Below are positions 34,883 to 35,947 of a stretch of DNA of 35,947 bases, one piece after another; position 1 is the stretch's first letter, and every line of letters begins with the position of its first letter. This stretch comes from a virus (lineage: Duplodnaviria > Caudoviricetes): positions 1 to 35,947 of the IMG/VR virus record IMGVR_UViG_3300037046_000311. One strand, given 5' to 3'. Made by a program: the position numbers and the translations under genes. The notes under the pieces were generated by a model. It searched no databases. It was not told where the DNA came from and saw only the letters and a program-made list of their open reading frames with translations.

Positions 34883-35947
34883 ATGGCAAAGATCTATTCA
34901 CGCGGTGGGAAACTGTATATCGATTATATGGTTGACGGCACACGCCACCGCAAAAGTACGAAACTTGATGATACAAAAGAAAATAGGCTATCCATTGAGA
35001 AAAACGTCATCCCTCAACTTATGAGGATGATTGCAACGGGTGAGATACATAAACCGAAGCCGAAATCGTTCGATCACTATTTTCATATTTATGAAAAAAG
35101 TATCGATAAAACTCGAACGTATCATCATAAGAGTTGGCATAGAAAACGGGTACTGGAACAATTCAAAGGGCGCAACATCGACACGATCACCCGCCTAGAG
35201 ATCAAATCGTTCCTCCTCGGTATAAATGCCAAATCGAGATCCAAGGGAACCTATAGCGGAACACTTATCGGTACATTCGAGCAAGCGGTAGATGATGCAG
35301 TAATATCAGTTAACCCGGCACTCGATATAAAACTACCGAAAGAGGATAAATCCGATATCGAATGGTTTGCAAAAGATGAAGTAAGATTATTACTCGATAC
35401 AGCATCCGGAGTTCTAAAACCGTACCTGATGATCGCATTTCATACCGGAATGCGGCCGGAGGAGATTTTAGCGTTGCAGTGGGGTGATTTTACCGATACC
35501 CACATACATATCAAACGAACGAAGTCATTTAATGGAGGATTACAGCACACGACGAAAACCGACAAATCGAAACGTGCCGTACCTTATCCGCAGTTCATAA
35601 TGCAGTATGTAAACGGGTTAAAAGCAAATTCACTTTTTCTATTCCCGGACATAAGAGATTCAAGAGGATTATATCGAAAGTGGTATAAACTTCTAAAAGA
35701 ATGTAAGTTGCCTAAAAAGAAACTGTACGCCACACGGCATACGTTCGCGACTACGATGTTGCTTGAAAACCATATGAGCCTAAATGAGATAGCCGGAATT
35801 TTGGGGCACACTACCCCAAAAACGACGTTATCCCACTATGCTTCGATCATCAATGCTGAGTCAATTACATTGAGTAAAAATTTTGACCCGTTTGGCTCAA
35901 TCTTGACACAGTCTAAAAATGAAATGTCCGTAAATGTCGCAATATAG
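34883..35947 (+). CDS. int: Tyrosine recombinase (phage integrase)
   Basis: Arm-binding N-terminus; TGMRPEE, LYATRHTFAT, LGH and HY catalytic motifs; ATG 34883 with AAGGA SD. Confidence 0.95.
   Translation: MAKIYSRGGKLYIDYMVDGTRHRKSTKLDDTKENRLSIEKNVIPQLMRMIATGEIHKPKPKSFDHYFHIYEKSIDKTRTYHHKSWHRKRVLEQFKGRNIDTITRLEIKSFLLGINAKSRSKGTYSGTLIGTFEQAVDDAVISVNPALDIKLPKEDKSDIEWFAKDEVRLLLDTASGVLKPYLMIAFHTGMRPEEILALQWGDFTDTHIHIKRTKSFNGGLQHTTKTDKSKRAVPYPQFIMQYVNGLKANSLFLFPDIRDSRGLYRKWYKLLKECKLPKKKLYATRHTFATTMLLENHMSLNEIAGILGHTTPKTTLSHYASIINAESITLSKNFDPFGSILTQSKNEMSVNVAI

Larger units (their letters stand above)
1..35947. mobile_element. Temperate HK97-like siphophage prophage, near complete (att sites not in window)
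   Basis: Lambdoid module order: int/xis - early left - cI/cro - replication - HNH/terminase - head - tail - lysis. Confidence 0.96.

Noticed and set aside
1-35947. CRISPR array, tRNA genes, reverse transcriptase/DGR, IS elements, att duplication
   Set aside because: No regularly spaced repeats, cloverleaf, YxDD RT or transposase seen by eye; the window ends at gene boundaries so att sites probably lie outside

Overview
The window is an almost complete temperate siphophage (prophage) genome of about 36 kb with HK97-type morphogenesis genes. It runs from a DNA adenine methyltransferase at the left edge to a tyrosine integrase at the right edge, and no att sites are visible. The minus strand (22293->1) carries cro, a CII-like gene, a replication initiator with internal iterons, HNH/cos/terminase, portal, protease, capsid, neck, tail tube, frameshifted tail chaperones, tape measure, a minimal tail tip with a SPRY-domain fibre, the lysis cassette and a Dam-like methylase. 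The plus strand carries a CI (S24) repressor, then a PL-like promoter, a ~450-nt densely structured leader, ParA/ParB, an exonuclease, a C5 methylase, many small ORFs, a G9-frameshifted second adenine methylase, an ASCH protein, xis and int. Two minus-strand moron genes lie between cI and PL. The host is probably Campylobacterota, a weak inference from promoter style. The most notable items are: (1) a ParAB system with four copies of a non-canonical 14-22-bp palindrome (candidate parS) coexisting with int/xis; (2) a large structured RNA leader at PL in a phage with no recognisable N/Q; (3) a poly-G, apparently phase-OFF methyltransferase cassette bounded by 13-bp direct repeats; (4) two identical 25-bp palindromes at the same spacing from TAAAAT boxes, suggesting activator-dependent late promoters. 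All family assignments come from motif recognition by eye; no database searches were run.
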